Of a stretch of DNA of 64,000 nt, positions 25,380 through 39,109 are shown piece after piece (within the stretch, counting starts at the first letter, position 1; every line of letters starts with the position of its first letter). This DNA comes from Paraspadella gotoi. Lineage: Eukaryota; Animalia; Chaetognatha. The notes beneath the pieces were generated by a model. The model was not told the origin of the DNA, ran no database searches, and worked only from the letters and a program-made list of their open reading frames with translations. The position numbers were made by a program, and so were the translations under genes. The stretch is from assembly GCA_051294375.1 (NCBI GenBank), contig CM119264.1, positions 27,701,918-27,765,917 on the forward strand. Reading direction: 5' to 3'.

Positions 25380-25712
25380 TAGAAGGGAAGAATGACCACA
25401 GTCTTTTTGAGAGTGAAGGAGGAGGTGACAGTCTTTGAGAGTGAAGAATGGAAGGCGACAGTCTTTGTTTGAGAGTGAAGGAATGGGAGGCGACAGCTTT
25501 TTGAGAGTGGAAGGAATGGGAGGCGACAGTCTTTTTGAGAGTGAAGGAATGGGCGGCGACAGTCTTTTGAGAGTGGAAGGAATGGGAGGCGACAGTATTT
25601 TTTTGAGAGTGGAAGGAATGGGAGGCGACAGTCTTTTTTGAGAGTGGAAGAATGGAGGCGACAGTCTTTTGAGAGTGGAAGGAATGGGAGCGACAGTCTT
25701 TTGAGAGTGAAA
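25380..25712. repeat. ~33-bp minisatellite gagagtggaaggaatgggaggcgacagtctttt, ~10 copies (about 5 in the duplicate at ~33986-34165)
   Basis: Counted gacagt cores in each copy. Confidence 0.93.
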
Positions 25713-25834
25713 GATGTAGGAAGGGTACCAGGGCATAGAATAGGGTAGAAGAAGACGCCGGACCGAAAAGAGCAGAGGCCATTTGATCTTTTTTGCATTT
25801 TGTATGGAAGAGCCCAGACGGAGACACTTTATGA

Positions 25835-26200
25835 AAGAGAGATGGAAGAAGAATGGAAAGATTGAAAGAAAGACTCGAGACGAATGACACTTTATAGAAA
25901 GAAAGATGGAAAGATTGAAAGAAAGATTCAAGCGAAGTCATTTTTGAGACAAGAGAGATGGAAAGAAATGGAAAGATTGACAGAAAGACTAGACTGATAC
26001 TTTTTGAAAAAGAGAGATGGAAAGTGATTGGAAAGAAAGACGCGACGAAAACTCTGAAAAAGATAGCGACCTATTGGAAGATTGAAAGAAGACCAGACCT
26101 TATACTTTCGGAGAAGAGAAAGAAAACAAAGGGAAACACAAAGACGAGACGCTTTTGAGAAAGATGAAATGATGAAAATTTGAAATGAAAGACGAGATGA
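25835..26200. repeat. Degenerate ~50-65-bp tandem with core atggaaagattgaaagaaagac
   Basis: Core recurs about five times; also in the duplicate at ~34295-34660. Confidence 0.8.
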
Positions 26201-26600
26201 ACGCATTGGGAAATTGGATACAAAAAGACTTAGAATTCAACGAGGACACAAAATCTGAAGCGAAAAATATCTTTCTTAGAGAGTTGCTATAAATAAGATA
26301 CAAGAATGGACAATTTTTTTTGTGCTTCTCATTTTACTTTTGTTTGAATGTAGTAGTTATATATACATTAAACTCTAACTTCATGGCGAATCCTTTTTTT
26401 TTCACATTTTTTAATGCTTATATCTGAAAGATATGTAAATATATGTAAATCAACGAACGTTCTCTCTTAACTTAATTAATATTAATCAACCGAGAAAATT
26501 AATATTCCGATATTACTGTCAATATCTTTTATTTGAGTAAAAGCTTTGGAGGTGTAATGTCTCAAGAGGGATACATCTCATAATTTATGATTACTATTTA

Positions 26601-26782
26601 TATCTATCTAATCTATCTATCTATCTATCTATCTATCTATATATCTATCTATCTATCAGATCTATCTATCTATACTATCTATCTATCTATCTATCTAACT
26701 ATCTATCTATCTGTCCATCTTTCCAACGTCGATTTCTTCGATTCGTTTCCCACGTTTTTCCGATATATTCGACGACGATGAA

Positions 26783-26820
<38 letters not shown>

Positions 26821-26840
26821 TGGATGATGACGACGATGAT
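26601..26840. repeat. (CTAT)n plus (GAC/GAT)n microsatellites
   Basis: Direct reading; copy at ~35050-35293. Confidence 0.9.
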
Positions 26841-27748
26841 GGTCGCAGTTTTCGGATTCGATATCTTTGGCTTCCATTTCAATTCCTAGGGAAATTTATT
26901 AGACGACTGAGAAACGCATCCGACGTTCCGAGAAGGTCGGACGGAGGGAAAGAAAGGGAGGAAAGGAGAGGAAAAAAAAAGGAGGAAAGGAGAGGAAAAA
27001 AAAGGGAAGAAAAGGAGAAAAAAAGGAGAGGAAAGAAGAAGGAAAGGAGAGAAAAGGGAGAGGAAAAAGGAGAGGAAAGAGGAAGGAAAGGAAGAGAAAA
27101 GGAGTATGAAAAGGAAGGAAAGAAGAAGAAGACAGAGAGGAGAAAGGAGAAGAAAGGATATGTAAGGGAGTAAGGAGGAGAAAAGGAAAGGAAAGAAGGA
27201 AAGGGAGAGAAAAGGAGATGAAAGGAGGAGGAACAGAGAGGAAAGGAGAAAAAGAGTAGATGGGAGGGAGGGAGGAGGAAAGGAGGAGAAAAGTAAGGAA
27301 GAAGGAGGAAAGAAAGGGAAATAAGAAAAAAGAGAGGAAAGAAGGAGGAAAGAGAAGGAAGGGAAGGAGTAGAGGAAAAGAGAGGAAGGGGAGAAAAGTA
27401 AGTTAGCAGAGGAAAGGGGTAAGTAACAAATAAAGAATGATAAGAAAAGTTGACAAATACATAGGAGGGGAATGAGAAACTTTTTATTCACTGAGAAAAG
27501 TGACCATAAATTTACACTACCGACATAAACGACATAAAGCGACATTACCTAAAATTAACCTGACGAGATAACTATACATACTTAAGAAACAAAATAAGAC
27601 AAACGAAAAAACGAAGAGAAAAAAAAAGAAATGAAAGAACCAACTTTGCCAATCAAAGTCAATGAGAGAAATAAGAAAGGTATTACCTTTAATAAACCGT
27701 CGATATATCGTGGTTAGGAGGAAATACATGGAGAGAAGAGGGAGAGAG

Positions 27749-27824
<76 letters not shown>

Positions 27825-28367
27825 AGAGAAGAGAAGAAGAGAAAAGAGAAGAAAGAGTCAGTCAAGACGACAGTCTCAACTTGGCATGCAAACGAAAGTG
27901 GGAGAGGGAAGGGGGGCGGGCGAAGGGGCCACAGGGGGAGAGACCTCGCGATGCTGTTTTTATTTTTCCACTTTGTCTCATTTAACTTAGGCAACCAATA
28001 TTCTCTCGTTGCAGGCGAGTAGGAATGGGTGTTGATGGACGGGTGGAGTGAGGCAGGGTAGGTCAAGGTCTTGCGCCAATCTCAAAAGTCTGACAGCAAA
28101 TAAGAATGGCAAGAGACAAATTCTCGCCTTGCCATTTTCGATAAAAGCATGCCTTATTCCCCTCCAAAATGATCTAACGGCTTTTATTCGATTTAGAGAT
28201 AAATATATTTACAAAAATAGTATTGTGAAAAAAAAAAACATATTTAAGTTTGTTCAACTAATCAGGTAGCATAATAAAAAATATGACGGAAGATAACAGT
28301 CGGAGCTTTAATCTATCAGTTCAGTGTCTACGAGTCGTCGTCGACGTCGTCGTCCGACGCTGTCGTC

Positions 28368-28399
<32 letters not shown>

Positions 28400-29418
28400 T
28401 CGTTCGTCTTCACAATCCTTACGATGAGACCAGAGTGACGAGAATAGAAAAGACGAGAGGTCGGTGAATCGCGAGTAAAACCGGTGAATCGATAAAACCC
28501 TGGAGTCAATTGTGAGGAAAAAAAATTAAAATGGGAATAAGCAAGACATTAAATTCACCGACGATCTAAAACAAATTTAAAAAAAGACATAGATGTAAAA
28601 AAAAAACCAAACGAAACAAAAAATTTAAGCGAGAAATAAATCGAACAGAAAAAAGTAAGATTCGTAAATATCCAATATCAATCATTCAATCAATCATTAT
28701 ATCCTTTAACCAATCAATAATCAAAATCATTATCTTTGACAAGAAATTCCGTTCTGTCACAAAGATATCGGTTTCATTTCGTTCATTTTCATTTAAATTT
28801 CTTTATATACGTTATTTCATTAATTTCTCCGCATTTCTTCGTATGTTTTATTCTTTACGATGCCCATCATGTTGAGAAGTTCTGGTTTAAATATTACACA
28901 TTACAGCAAAAAGAAACATGAAAAGTAATACGATTTAAGAGAAATAAAAAAATTAAAAAAGTCAAGTCAACTATTAGAAAAAATGTAAAAAAAAAGAGAA
29001 AGAGAGACAAGAGTCGACGCGAAGGAAAAAAAAGGGCCAAAAAGAAAAAAAAAAGAAAAAAAGGAGAGAAGAGAAAATAAGGGAGAGAGAGAAAAAAAAA
29101 AGGAGAGAGAAAGAAGTCAACGACGGCCGGAAGAGAATGAAGAAGTAAGTGGACCGAGTAATTATTCCATCTCTGTCTCTCAGTCAGAATCTTAACGCGT
29201 TTCTTTTTTTTTCGCTTTTTTCTTTCTTTTTTTTCTCCTCCTTTTCTCCTTTTTATTTTTTTACGCCTTTCTTCCTTTTTTTATTTGTTTTATTTTTTTT
29301 CTGAGTATTTGTTTTTGGGACTTTTGATTGTTATTCGCGCCAGCGCGCTTTATTGTCAGTTTTTTCTTTGCGCGAAGGGAGGGTCCCCTCTCTCTCTCTC
29401 TCTCCTCTCCCTCTCTCG

Positions 29419-29449
<31 letters not shown>

Positions 29450-29583
29450 CTGCTCTCTCTCTCTTCCTCCTCCTCATCTGTAAAGGCAACTGTCAGGGTC
29501 ATATTTCATGCATCGAAATCACATCACCTTGCGTTGCCCTCCCCTCCCCTTCTCTCTCTTCGCTCTCTCCTCTCCTCGTGCTC

Positions 29584-29616
<33 letters not shown>

Positions 29617-29679
29617 CTCTCCTCTCTCTCTCTCCTCTCTGTCTTTCTTTGTTTTTTTCTTTCCTTCTCTTCTCTTTCA

Positions 29680-30179
29680 CTTTCTGATTCTCTCTCGCAT
29701 CGCACCTTTTTCCATTTTCCATCCTCGTCCACATCCGAATGACATCCGGCATCTTCTTTGTCATAGGCATCTCTTTAATCTCATCCGGGTCTGTTTGACG
29801 CGACATCACTTCAAAACTCATCGGTCTTTTTGTGGCAGGCAAACAATTTTGAATTACATTCGATCTCTTGTCGCAGTTTTAGAGCCACATTCGTTCTTTT
29901 TTTCTTTGTTTCGGCGTACTTTCGAATCACATCCGGGTCTTTTCTTCACAGGCTTCACTTTCTTATCATATTTTTCTCCCATAATTTTTCTTTCTTTTTT
30001 CTTATCTTTTTCTCGCCCCGCAGACTTTGTCCGTTTCTCCTCCAATAATTTCCAGTTTTTTCTTCAAAAACATTTTCTTTTTGTTTTTGAATTTATTTCT
30101 TTTTTTTTATCTTTTTGGTGTACAGAGTTGTCGTGTTGGTATATGACAAACGTTCTCGTTGTTGTTGTTGTTATTGTCG
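29680..30179 (-). CDS. Putative Lys-rich exon of an unidentified minus-strand gene (copies at ~38130-38626 and ~42570-43070)
   Basis: Acceptor ttttactctttag| then, using the three copies as consensus, DNNNNNNENVCHIQHDNSVHQ...KKRPGCDSKV...KRSECNSKI...TKRSGCHSDVGREWK. Confidence 0.4.
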
Positions 30180-31558
30180 CTAAAGAGTAAAATTAGAATT
30201 TTACATCAATATTCTGTTATAGCTACAAAATGGTTTTATTTATCAAAACAATGAGGATAGCTAATTACAGCATATATATATAAAATCTCTTTACTCTCTC
30301 TCTCCTCTCCGCTTCCGTTTCACACAATCACAAACTCACATACCTACTTTTCAATTCTTCTCATTTCCTACATTCATTCCATCTCTCTCGCTATTTTTCT
30401 TCTCTAAGCTGGCTCTCACTCTTCAAAAATATCACTCTCAGGCCTTTTCGGCTCTCACCTCGCCATTTCCCATTTCACGTGTCACAGTCACGACGCGTTA
30501 TCGAGTGAAAAAAGTGAATATTGGGTTTTTGTTTGTATGTGAGCGAAATGAGAGGTGAATGTTTCTTATCTTTATTATCTCTTTCTTTCTTTCTTAATTT
30601 TGATCTTTCTCTTTCCCTTTCTTTTCTTCTCTTCTTCTTTCTTTCTTTCTTTCTTTTTTCTTTCTTTCTTTCTTCTTTCTTTCTTTCTTTCTTTCTATTC
30701 TTTTTCTTTCTTTCTTTGTTCTTTCTTATTCTTTCAATATTTCTATTTTCATTTGTTATATTGCTCTTCGCCATTTTTCTCGTCACACTTTTTTACTTTT
30801 CTCTTCTTCTTCCTTTCCTTCTCTCCTCCTCTTTCTAACCAGTGACTTCCTCCCATCTTTCGTTGGAGCAGAAAAAGGAAGGAACTTAGCCAGAAAAGTA
30901 GTGACAGCAGAAAGAACGAAAGAAAGAAAGAAAGAAGAAAGAAAGAAAGAAAGAGAGAAAGAAGGAGAGAAAAAATAAGAAAGAAGAAAGAAAGAAAGAA
31001 AAGAAAAGAAAAGAAAGAAAGAAAGAAAGAAAGAAAAAAGAAAGAAAGACAAAAATTTAAAAATTAAAAGAAGAAGCTAATAAAGAGAGAAAGAAGAAAA
31101 AAGTGTTAAAAATACAAATACAATATAAAGAAAAAACACGTAAAAAAAACGAATGAAAGAGAGAATTAAAAACACAATAGTTCAGATTAGAAAAGAAAAA
31201 GAAAGAAAAAAGGAGGAACTAAAGGATAAAGAGACGGAAATGAAGGAACGAAAAAAGAGAGAGATTGAAATTTGTCTTCGCTTCGGCAACGGAGCGCGTA
31301 AATCCGCCTTGTAAAACGCTCAATCAAAAAAATAATAAAAATGTTTAAAAAAAAAAATAAAAAAAAAGGAAGAAAAAAAATAAAAGAAACGGGCCCCTGA
31401 AAGTTGTCTCGCTTTCGACATGTTTTCTGGCGAATTTGGGTTTTTTTTAGTTTTGTAAACGACTAAAATAAGAAATAGTCGTGATATTTATTAGACAAAA
31501 ATTCGTTTTAAGATGATGAAGACTCTAACTTTGTAAGAGTCGAAACATGTCGACTTAC

Positions 31559-31893
31559 TTGTCAAAAAATTCGTTGCCACAACTAAAAAACTGTTTTTCT
31601 AAACAAAATATCATAATACGGGGATGTTTTGTTAAAACGTTCCAAGGATTCAACACTACATAATATGTAATGTAATATCTAATGTAAAAATTCAATTTCG
31701 GTCTCGCAGAGGGCGTGACGGTTTCGTTTCGCAAAACAAAAGACAAAAATTGGATTTGATGTCGATGATGGTGGAGGCAGCTGCGGTACAGCGGGGAAGC
31801 GGAGAATGCTGCATGACGAGAGCAGCGTTGGCAGTGATTTTTACGACGTCAACTCCTATGCCTGCTTTGTTTGCCCACAAAATTCCCCACATA
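31559..31893 (-). CDS. Putative internal exon of an unidentified minus-strand gene (copies at ~40056-40395 and ~44483-44818)
   Basis: Bounded by acceptor tttttaattaattag| and donor |gtaagt in all three copies; consensus end reads SVESLERFNKTSPYYDILFRKTVFSCGNEFFD; reading frame ambiguous because of indels. Confidence 0.45.
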
Positions 31894-32052
31894 CCTAATT
31901 AATTAAAAAAATAAAGATAATAAATTGATGTAATTCAAAGAATTTTAACTTTGTCCCCGACCTCACTAGTATTTCGAGCCCATTGGAGTTTACATCCCTT
32001 AAATATGATTCTCTATCTCTCCTCTCTCTCTCTCTCTCTCTCTCCTCTCTCT

Positions 32053-32096
<44 letters not shown>

Positions 32097-35059
32097 TCTC
32101 TCTCTCTCTCTCTCGCCAGAGGCATGTACCTTTGCATGGTTCTCATATTCTTATTCAACCTCTCGTTATCCACGCATCGTTCTGCTCGAGCGAACAAATA
32201 TCTCTTGCTGCATTAAGAAATTCTCGCAGAATCATCACATTACAATCTTGTCAATCTGCCTCTTCCGTCCAGAGATATCTATATCAGGCTAAGCAATTAT
32301 CTAAGAACTCATAAATACTGATTCAATTTAATACAATTCTCTCTCTCTCTCCGACTCATTCTCTCCGTCGCCTCCTTATTTAACCTTTTGATCCTTGGCG
32401 CGATGCAAAACACATTCAATGATGATGACAATTCGCAAAAACTGTTATTCAATTCCTCAATTAGTTTTTTAACAGTCAAGCAGTAGAACAAAACAGGAAA
32501 GGTAAGTTAAAGGTAAGGGCATAATTAAGTTGGATACAACTTTTCTTACCTATATTATATATTATTAAGTATAATATTATTAGTTACTTTTTTCCTATTA
32601 TTTAGAGCGAAAATTTTGTTATTTGTTTGTTTTTAAACAAAAACAATCTTTTTTTTTCTCTCTAAATTTTTAACACAACGAATAGAAAATCTCTATAGTC
32701 TATACACTATCCAATTATTTTTAAAGATTTAACAAAACTATGAATTCGCGTTTGATCTAGTCGGCGCCATATAATAAAAGATAGAAAATAACAAATTAAA
32801 CTCTTAAAAGCGAGAAAATCCCAAAGGACCAATCAAAGAACGTCTTTTCTATTAGCGAACCCCAGACGACCAATCAAAGAACGCCAATAGTAAACAAAAG
32901 AGCAACGCGACAGATCGGAGACGTCGGGGGTCGAGACGCAGTCTGGAGTGACACGCCAATAGAAACTTGGCATTTAATGCTTAGGGTGGAGAATGCAAGC
33001 TATTGCAAGCCGATTGGTTACTCCTCGGTGCCAAGGAAAATTGTGTGGATAAAAACTATTTATTATAGTATTATGAGATACTTGGTCCCAGATCAAAGAA
33101 ACGGATGGTCCCTTTGGTGTGCCCCTTGAAAATAACCAATAACCAATAACATAATTGTTGGCCTAACGATGTAGTTAAATCACCAGCCACTCGGCGGACA
33201 AATATGCATAACATAGACGCAACTAAGGGTTGCCAACTTTTGATATGAGAAAAAAGTCTCAGCCTTCAACAACAACAAAAATGGACAGAATGAAACACAA
33301 ATTTTTAAACTTTTTTTCGTTTTCATCTCATTTTTTTTTCATCGAATGATTTAGGGTCAGAATGTTGGGAGAGAAGAGGACATGAGTTTGAAGGCGGGAC
33401 GAGACTGTGGCCTTGAAGGGCGGATGGGGAAAAAGGGGGGAAGGGAGAGAGGGAAGAACGGATGAAAGGGACAAAGGGATCACGGAAGGAGATTTAGGAA
33501 AAGGGACAAATGGATAAAGGGATTATGGAAAGGGAGAATGGAAAAAGAAAAAAAAAAGGTAGAAATGGATTTTGGAAAGAGTGAAAAGGGACAAAGAAAT
33601 TAAAGTAGGGGAGAGAGAAAAAGAGACATAAGGCTTATGCCAGGGAGCCGGGAGGCGAAAGCCCTTCTCCCCAGAGGACGAAATATATTTCTACAACAAC
33701 AACAACTACGAGATGTCGATGATCGATTTGCATAAGTTTTTTGAATCCCTTCTCGTTCCTCCCTCGCTGTTTTAGGGGGGGGGGGAGGTCAGAGAGGGAG
33801 GGGGTGGGGGGGATGAGAGTGGAAATAGGGGAAAAGGGATGAGGTTGGAGGTGAATCTCAGATGGTGAGCGGAAGGGAGGGTTTTTGATGTTCGAATGTA
33901 TTAAATGGTGTTTTAGTATTGTATTTAAATAGATGATGGTCGATACTGTGTCGCGTTTGAAGTACGACAGACCAAAAAAGTTTGAGCGTGGAAGGAATGG
34001 GAGGCGACAGTCTTTTTTAGAGAGTGGAAGGAATGGGAGGCGACAGTCATGTTTTTGAGAGTGGAAGGAATGGGAGGCGACAGTCTTTTTGAGAGTGGAA
34101 GGAATGGGAGGCGACAGTCTTTTGAGAGTGGATAGGAATGGGAGGCGACAGTCTTTTGAGAGTGGAAAGATGTAGGAAAGGGTACCAGGGGCATAGAATA
34201 GGGTCGAAGAAGACGCGGACCGAAAAAGGCAGAGGCCATTTGATCTTTTTTGGCATTTTGTATGGAAGAGACCAGACGGAGACACTTTTGAGAAAGAGAG
34301 ATGGAAAGAGATGGAAAGATTGAAAGAAAGACTCGAGACGAAGACACTTTATAGAAAGAAAGATGGAAAGATTGAAAGAAAGATTCAAGGCGAAGTCATT
34401 TTTGAGAAAGAGAGATGGAAAGAAATGGAAAGATTGACAGAAAGACTAGACTGATACTTTTTTGAAAAAGAGAGATGGAAAGTGATTGAAAGAAAGACGC
34501 GACGGAAAAACTCTTGAGAAAGATAGCGACCTATTGGAAGATTGAAAGAAAGACCAGACGCTTATACTTTCGAGAAGAGAAAGAAAACAAAGGGAAGACA
34601 CAAAGACGAGACGCTTTTGAGAAAGATGAAATTGATGAAAATTTGAAAGAAAGACGAGATGAAAACGCATTGGAGAAATTGGGATACAAAAAGACTTAGA
34701 ATTCAACGAGGACACAAAATCTGAAGCGAAAAATATCTTTCTTAGAGAAGTTGCTATAAATAAATACAAGATGGACAATTTTTTTTGTGCTTCTCATTTT
34801 ACTTTTGTTTTGAATGTAGTAGGTTATATATACATATAACTCTAACTTCATGGCGAATCCTTTTTTTTCACATTTTTTAATGCTTATATCTGAAGTAGTC
34901 AAATATATGTAAATGCAACGAACGTCTCTCTTAACTTAATTAATTATTAATCAACCGAGAAAATTAATATTCGATATTACTGTCAATATTTTTATTTGAG
35001 TAAAAGCTTTTTGAGGTTAATGTCTCAAGAGGGGATACTCTCATTAATTTATCTATTTA

Positions 35060-35153
<94 letters not shown>

Positions 35154-35237
35154 ACTATCTATCTATCTGTCCATCTTTTCAACGTCGATTTCCTTCGATT
35201 CGTTTCCACGTTTTCCGATATATTCGACGACGATGAA

Positions 35238-35293
<56 letters not shown>

Positions 35294-36208
35294 TGGTCGC
35301 AGTTTTCGGGATTCGATATCTTTGGCTTCCATTTCAATTCCTAGGGAAATTTATTAGACGACTGAGAAGACGATCGACGTTCGAGAAGGTCGGACGGAGG
35401 AAAGGAAAGGGAGGAAAGGAGAGGAAAAGGAGGAAAGGAGAGGAAAGGAGAAGAAAAGGAGAAAAGGAGAGGAAAGAAGAAGGAAAGGAGAGAAAAGGAG
35501 AGGAAAAGGAGAGGAACAGAGAGGAAAGGAGAGAAAAGGAGATGAAAAGGAGGAAAGAAGAGGACAGAGAGGAAAGGAGAAGAAAGGATATGTAAGGGAG
35601 TAAAGGAGGAGAAAAGGAAAGGAAAGAAGGAAAGGAGAGAAAAGGAGATGAAAAGGAGAGGAACAGAGAGGAAAGGAGAAAAAAGTAGATGGGAGGGAGG
35701 GAGGGAGGAAAGGAGGAGAAAAGTAAAGGAAAGAAGGAGGAAAGAAAGGGAAATAAGAAAAAAGAGAGGAAAGAAGGAGGAAAGGAGAAGGAAGGGAAGG
35801 TAAGTAGAGGAAAAGAGAAGGAAGGGGAGGAAAAGGTAAGTTAGCAGAGGAAAGGGGTAAGTAACAAATAAAGAATGAAAGAAAAGTTGAAAATACATAG
35901 GAGGGGAAATGAGGAAAACTTTTTATTCACTGAGAAAAGTGACATAAATTTACACTACCGACATAAACGACATAAGCGACATTTACCTAAAAATTAACCT
36001 GACGAGTATACTATACATACTTAAGAAACAAAATAAGACAAACGAAAAAAGAAGAGAAAAAAAAGGAAATGAAAGAACCAACGTTTGCCAATCAAAGTCA
36101 ATGAGAGAAATAAAAAAGGTATTACCTTTAATAAAACCGTCGATATATCGTGGTTAGGAGGAAATACATGGAGAGANNNNNNNNNNNNNNNNNNNNNNNN
36201 NAGGGAGG

Positions 36209-36307
<99 letters not shown>

Positions 36308-36835
36308 AAGAAGAGAAAAGAGAGAGAAAGTAAGTCAGTCAAGACGGACAGTCTCAACTTGCATGCAAACGAAAGTGGGAGAGGAAGGGGGGCCGGGCGA
36401 AGGGGAGCAGGGGGAGAGACCTCGCGATGCTGGTTTTATTTTTCCACTTGTGCTCATTTATTAGCGCAACCAAATATTCTCTCGTTGCAGGCGAGTAGGA
36501 ATGGGGTTGATGGACGGGTGGAGTGAGGCAGGGTAGGTAAGGTCTTGGCGCCAATCTCAAAAGTCTGACAGCAAATAAGAATGGCAAGAGACAAAATTCT
36601 CGCCTTGCCATTCTCGCATAAAAGCATGCCTTATTCTCCAAAATGATCTAACGGCTTTTATTCGATTTAGAGATAAACATAATTTACAAAAATAGTATTG
36701 TTGAAAAAAAAACATATTTAAGTTTGTTCAACTAATCAGGTAGCATAATAAAAAATATGACGGGATAACAGTCGGAGCTTTAATCTCAATCAGTTACAGT
36801 GTTCGACGTCGTCGTCGACGTCGTCGTCGACCTGT

Positions 36836-36876
<41 letters not shown>

Positions 36877-37837
36877 TTCACAATCCTTCACGATGAGACC
36901 AGAGTGACGAGAATAGAAAAGACGAGAGGTCGGTGAATCGCGAAGTAAAACCGGTGAATCGATAAACCTGGAGTCAATTGTGAGGAAAAAAAATTAAAAT
37001 GGGAAAAGCAAGAATTAAATTCAAAACGACGATTAAAACAAATTTAAAAAAGAATAGATGTAAAAAAAAAACAAACAAACAAAAATTTAACGAGAATAAA
37101 TCGAAGAGAAAAAAGTGAGATTCGTAAATATCAATATCAATCATTCAATCAATCATTATATCCTTTAACCAATCAATATCAAATCATTATCTTTTGACAA
37201 GAAATTCCGTTCTGTCACAAAGATATCGGTTTCATTTCGTTCATTTTCATTTAAATTTCTTTATATACTTTATTTCATTAATTTCTCCGCATTTCTTCGT
37301 ATGTTTTCATTCTTTACGATGCCCATCATGTTGAGAAGTTCTTGTTTAAATATTACACATTACAGCTAAACAAAAACATGAAAAGTAATACGATTTTAAG
37401 AGAAATAAAAAAATTAAAAAAGTCAAGTCAACTATTAAAAAAAATTGTAAAAAAAAAGAGAAAGAGAACAGAGTCGAGCGAAGGATAAAAAAGGGCAAAA
37501 AAGAAAAAAAAAGAAAAAAAAGGAGAGAAGAGAAAATAAAGGGAGAGAGAGAAAAAAAAGAGAGAGAAAGAAGTCAAGACGGCGGAAGAGAATGAAGAAG
37601 TAAGTGGACCGAGTAATTATTCCATCTCTGTCTCTCAGTCAGAATCTTAACGCGTTTCTTTTTTTTTCGCTTTTTTCTTTTCTTTTTTTTCTTCCTCCTT
37701 TTCTCCTTTTTTATTTTTTTACGCCTTTCTTCCTTTTTTATTTGTTTTATTTTTTTTCTGAGTATTTGTTTTTGGGACTTTTTGATTGTTTCGCCAGGCG
37801 CTTTTGTCAGTTTTTCTTTGCCGAAGGAGGGTCTCTC

Positions 37838-37870
<33 letters not shown>

Positions 37871-37880
37871 TCTTCTCTCT

Positions 37881-37926
<46 letters not shown>

Positions 37927-38031
37927 CTCATCTGTAAAAGGCAACTGTCAGGGTCATATTTCATGCATCGAATCACATCACCTTGCGTTGCCTCCCCTCC
38001 CCTTCTCTCTCTCTCGCTCTCTCGCTCTCTC

Positions 38032-38090
<59 letters not shown>

Positions 38091-39073
38091 GTCTTTCTTT
38101 GTTTTTTTTTTCCTTCTCTTCTCTTTCACTTTCTATTCTCTCTCGCATCGCACCTTTTTCCATTTTCCATTCTCGTCCCACATCCGAATGACATCCGGAT
38201 CTCTTTGTCATAGGCATCTCTTTTAATCTCATCCGGGTCTGTTTGACGCGACATCACTTCAAACTCATCGGTCTTTTTGTGGCAGGCAACAATTTTTGAA
38301 TTACATTCGGATCTCTTGGTCGCAGTTTTTGAGCCACATTCGGTCTTTTTTTCTTGTTTCGGGCGTTACTTTCGAATCACATCCGGGTCTTTTCTTCACA
38401 GGCTTCACTTTCTTATCAATTTTTCTCCCATAATTTTTCTTTCTTTTTTTCTTATCTTTTTTCGCCCCGCAACTTTGCTCCGTTTCTCCTCCAATAATTT
38501 CCAGTTTTTTCTTCAAAAATTTTCTTTTTTGTTTTTGAATTTATTTCTTTTTTTTTATTTTTTGGTGTACAGAGTTGTCGTGTTGTATATGACAAAACGT
38601 TCTCGTTGTTGTTGTTGTTATTGTCGCTAAAAGAGTAAAAATTAGAATTTTACATCAATATTCTGTTTATACTACAAAATGGGTTTTATTTATCAAAACA
38701 ATGAGGATAGCATAATTACAGCATATATATATAAAATCTCTTTTATCTCTCTCTCTCTCTCCGCTTCCGTTTCACCACAATCACAAACTCACATACTCTA
38801 CTTTTCAATTTTTCATTTTCCTACATTCATTCCAAACTCTCTCTCGCTATTTTTCTTCTCTAAGCTGGCTCTCACTCTCTCAAAAAATATCACTCTCAGG
38901 CTTTTCGCTCTCACGCTCGCCATTTTCCCATTTCACGTGGTCACAGTCACGCGCGGTTATCGAGTGAAAGAAAGTGAGATATTGGGTTTTTGTTTGTATC
39001 GTGAGCGAAATGAGAGGTGAATGTTTTCTTATCTTTTATTATCTCTTTCTTTCTTTCTTATTTTTCTTTCTTT

Positions 39074-39109
<36 letters not shown>

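Noticed and set aside
25380-25712. 33-bp repeats as CRISPR direct repeats
   Set aside because: Head-to-tail with no unique spacers; a minisatellite.
29285-30190. 301-aa hydrophobic plus-strand ORF resembling a membrane protein
   Set aside because: Antisense of A-rich/Lys-rich and (GA)n sequence; frame not conserved in the other two copies.
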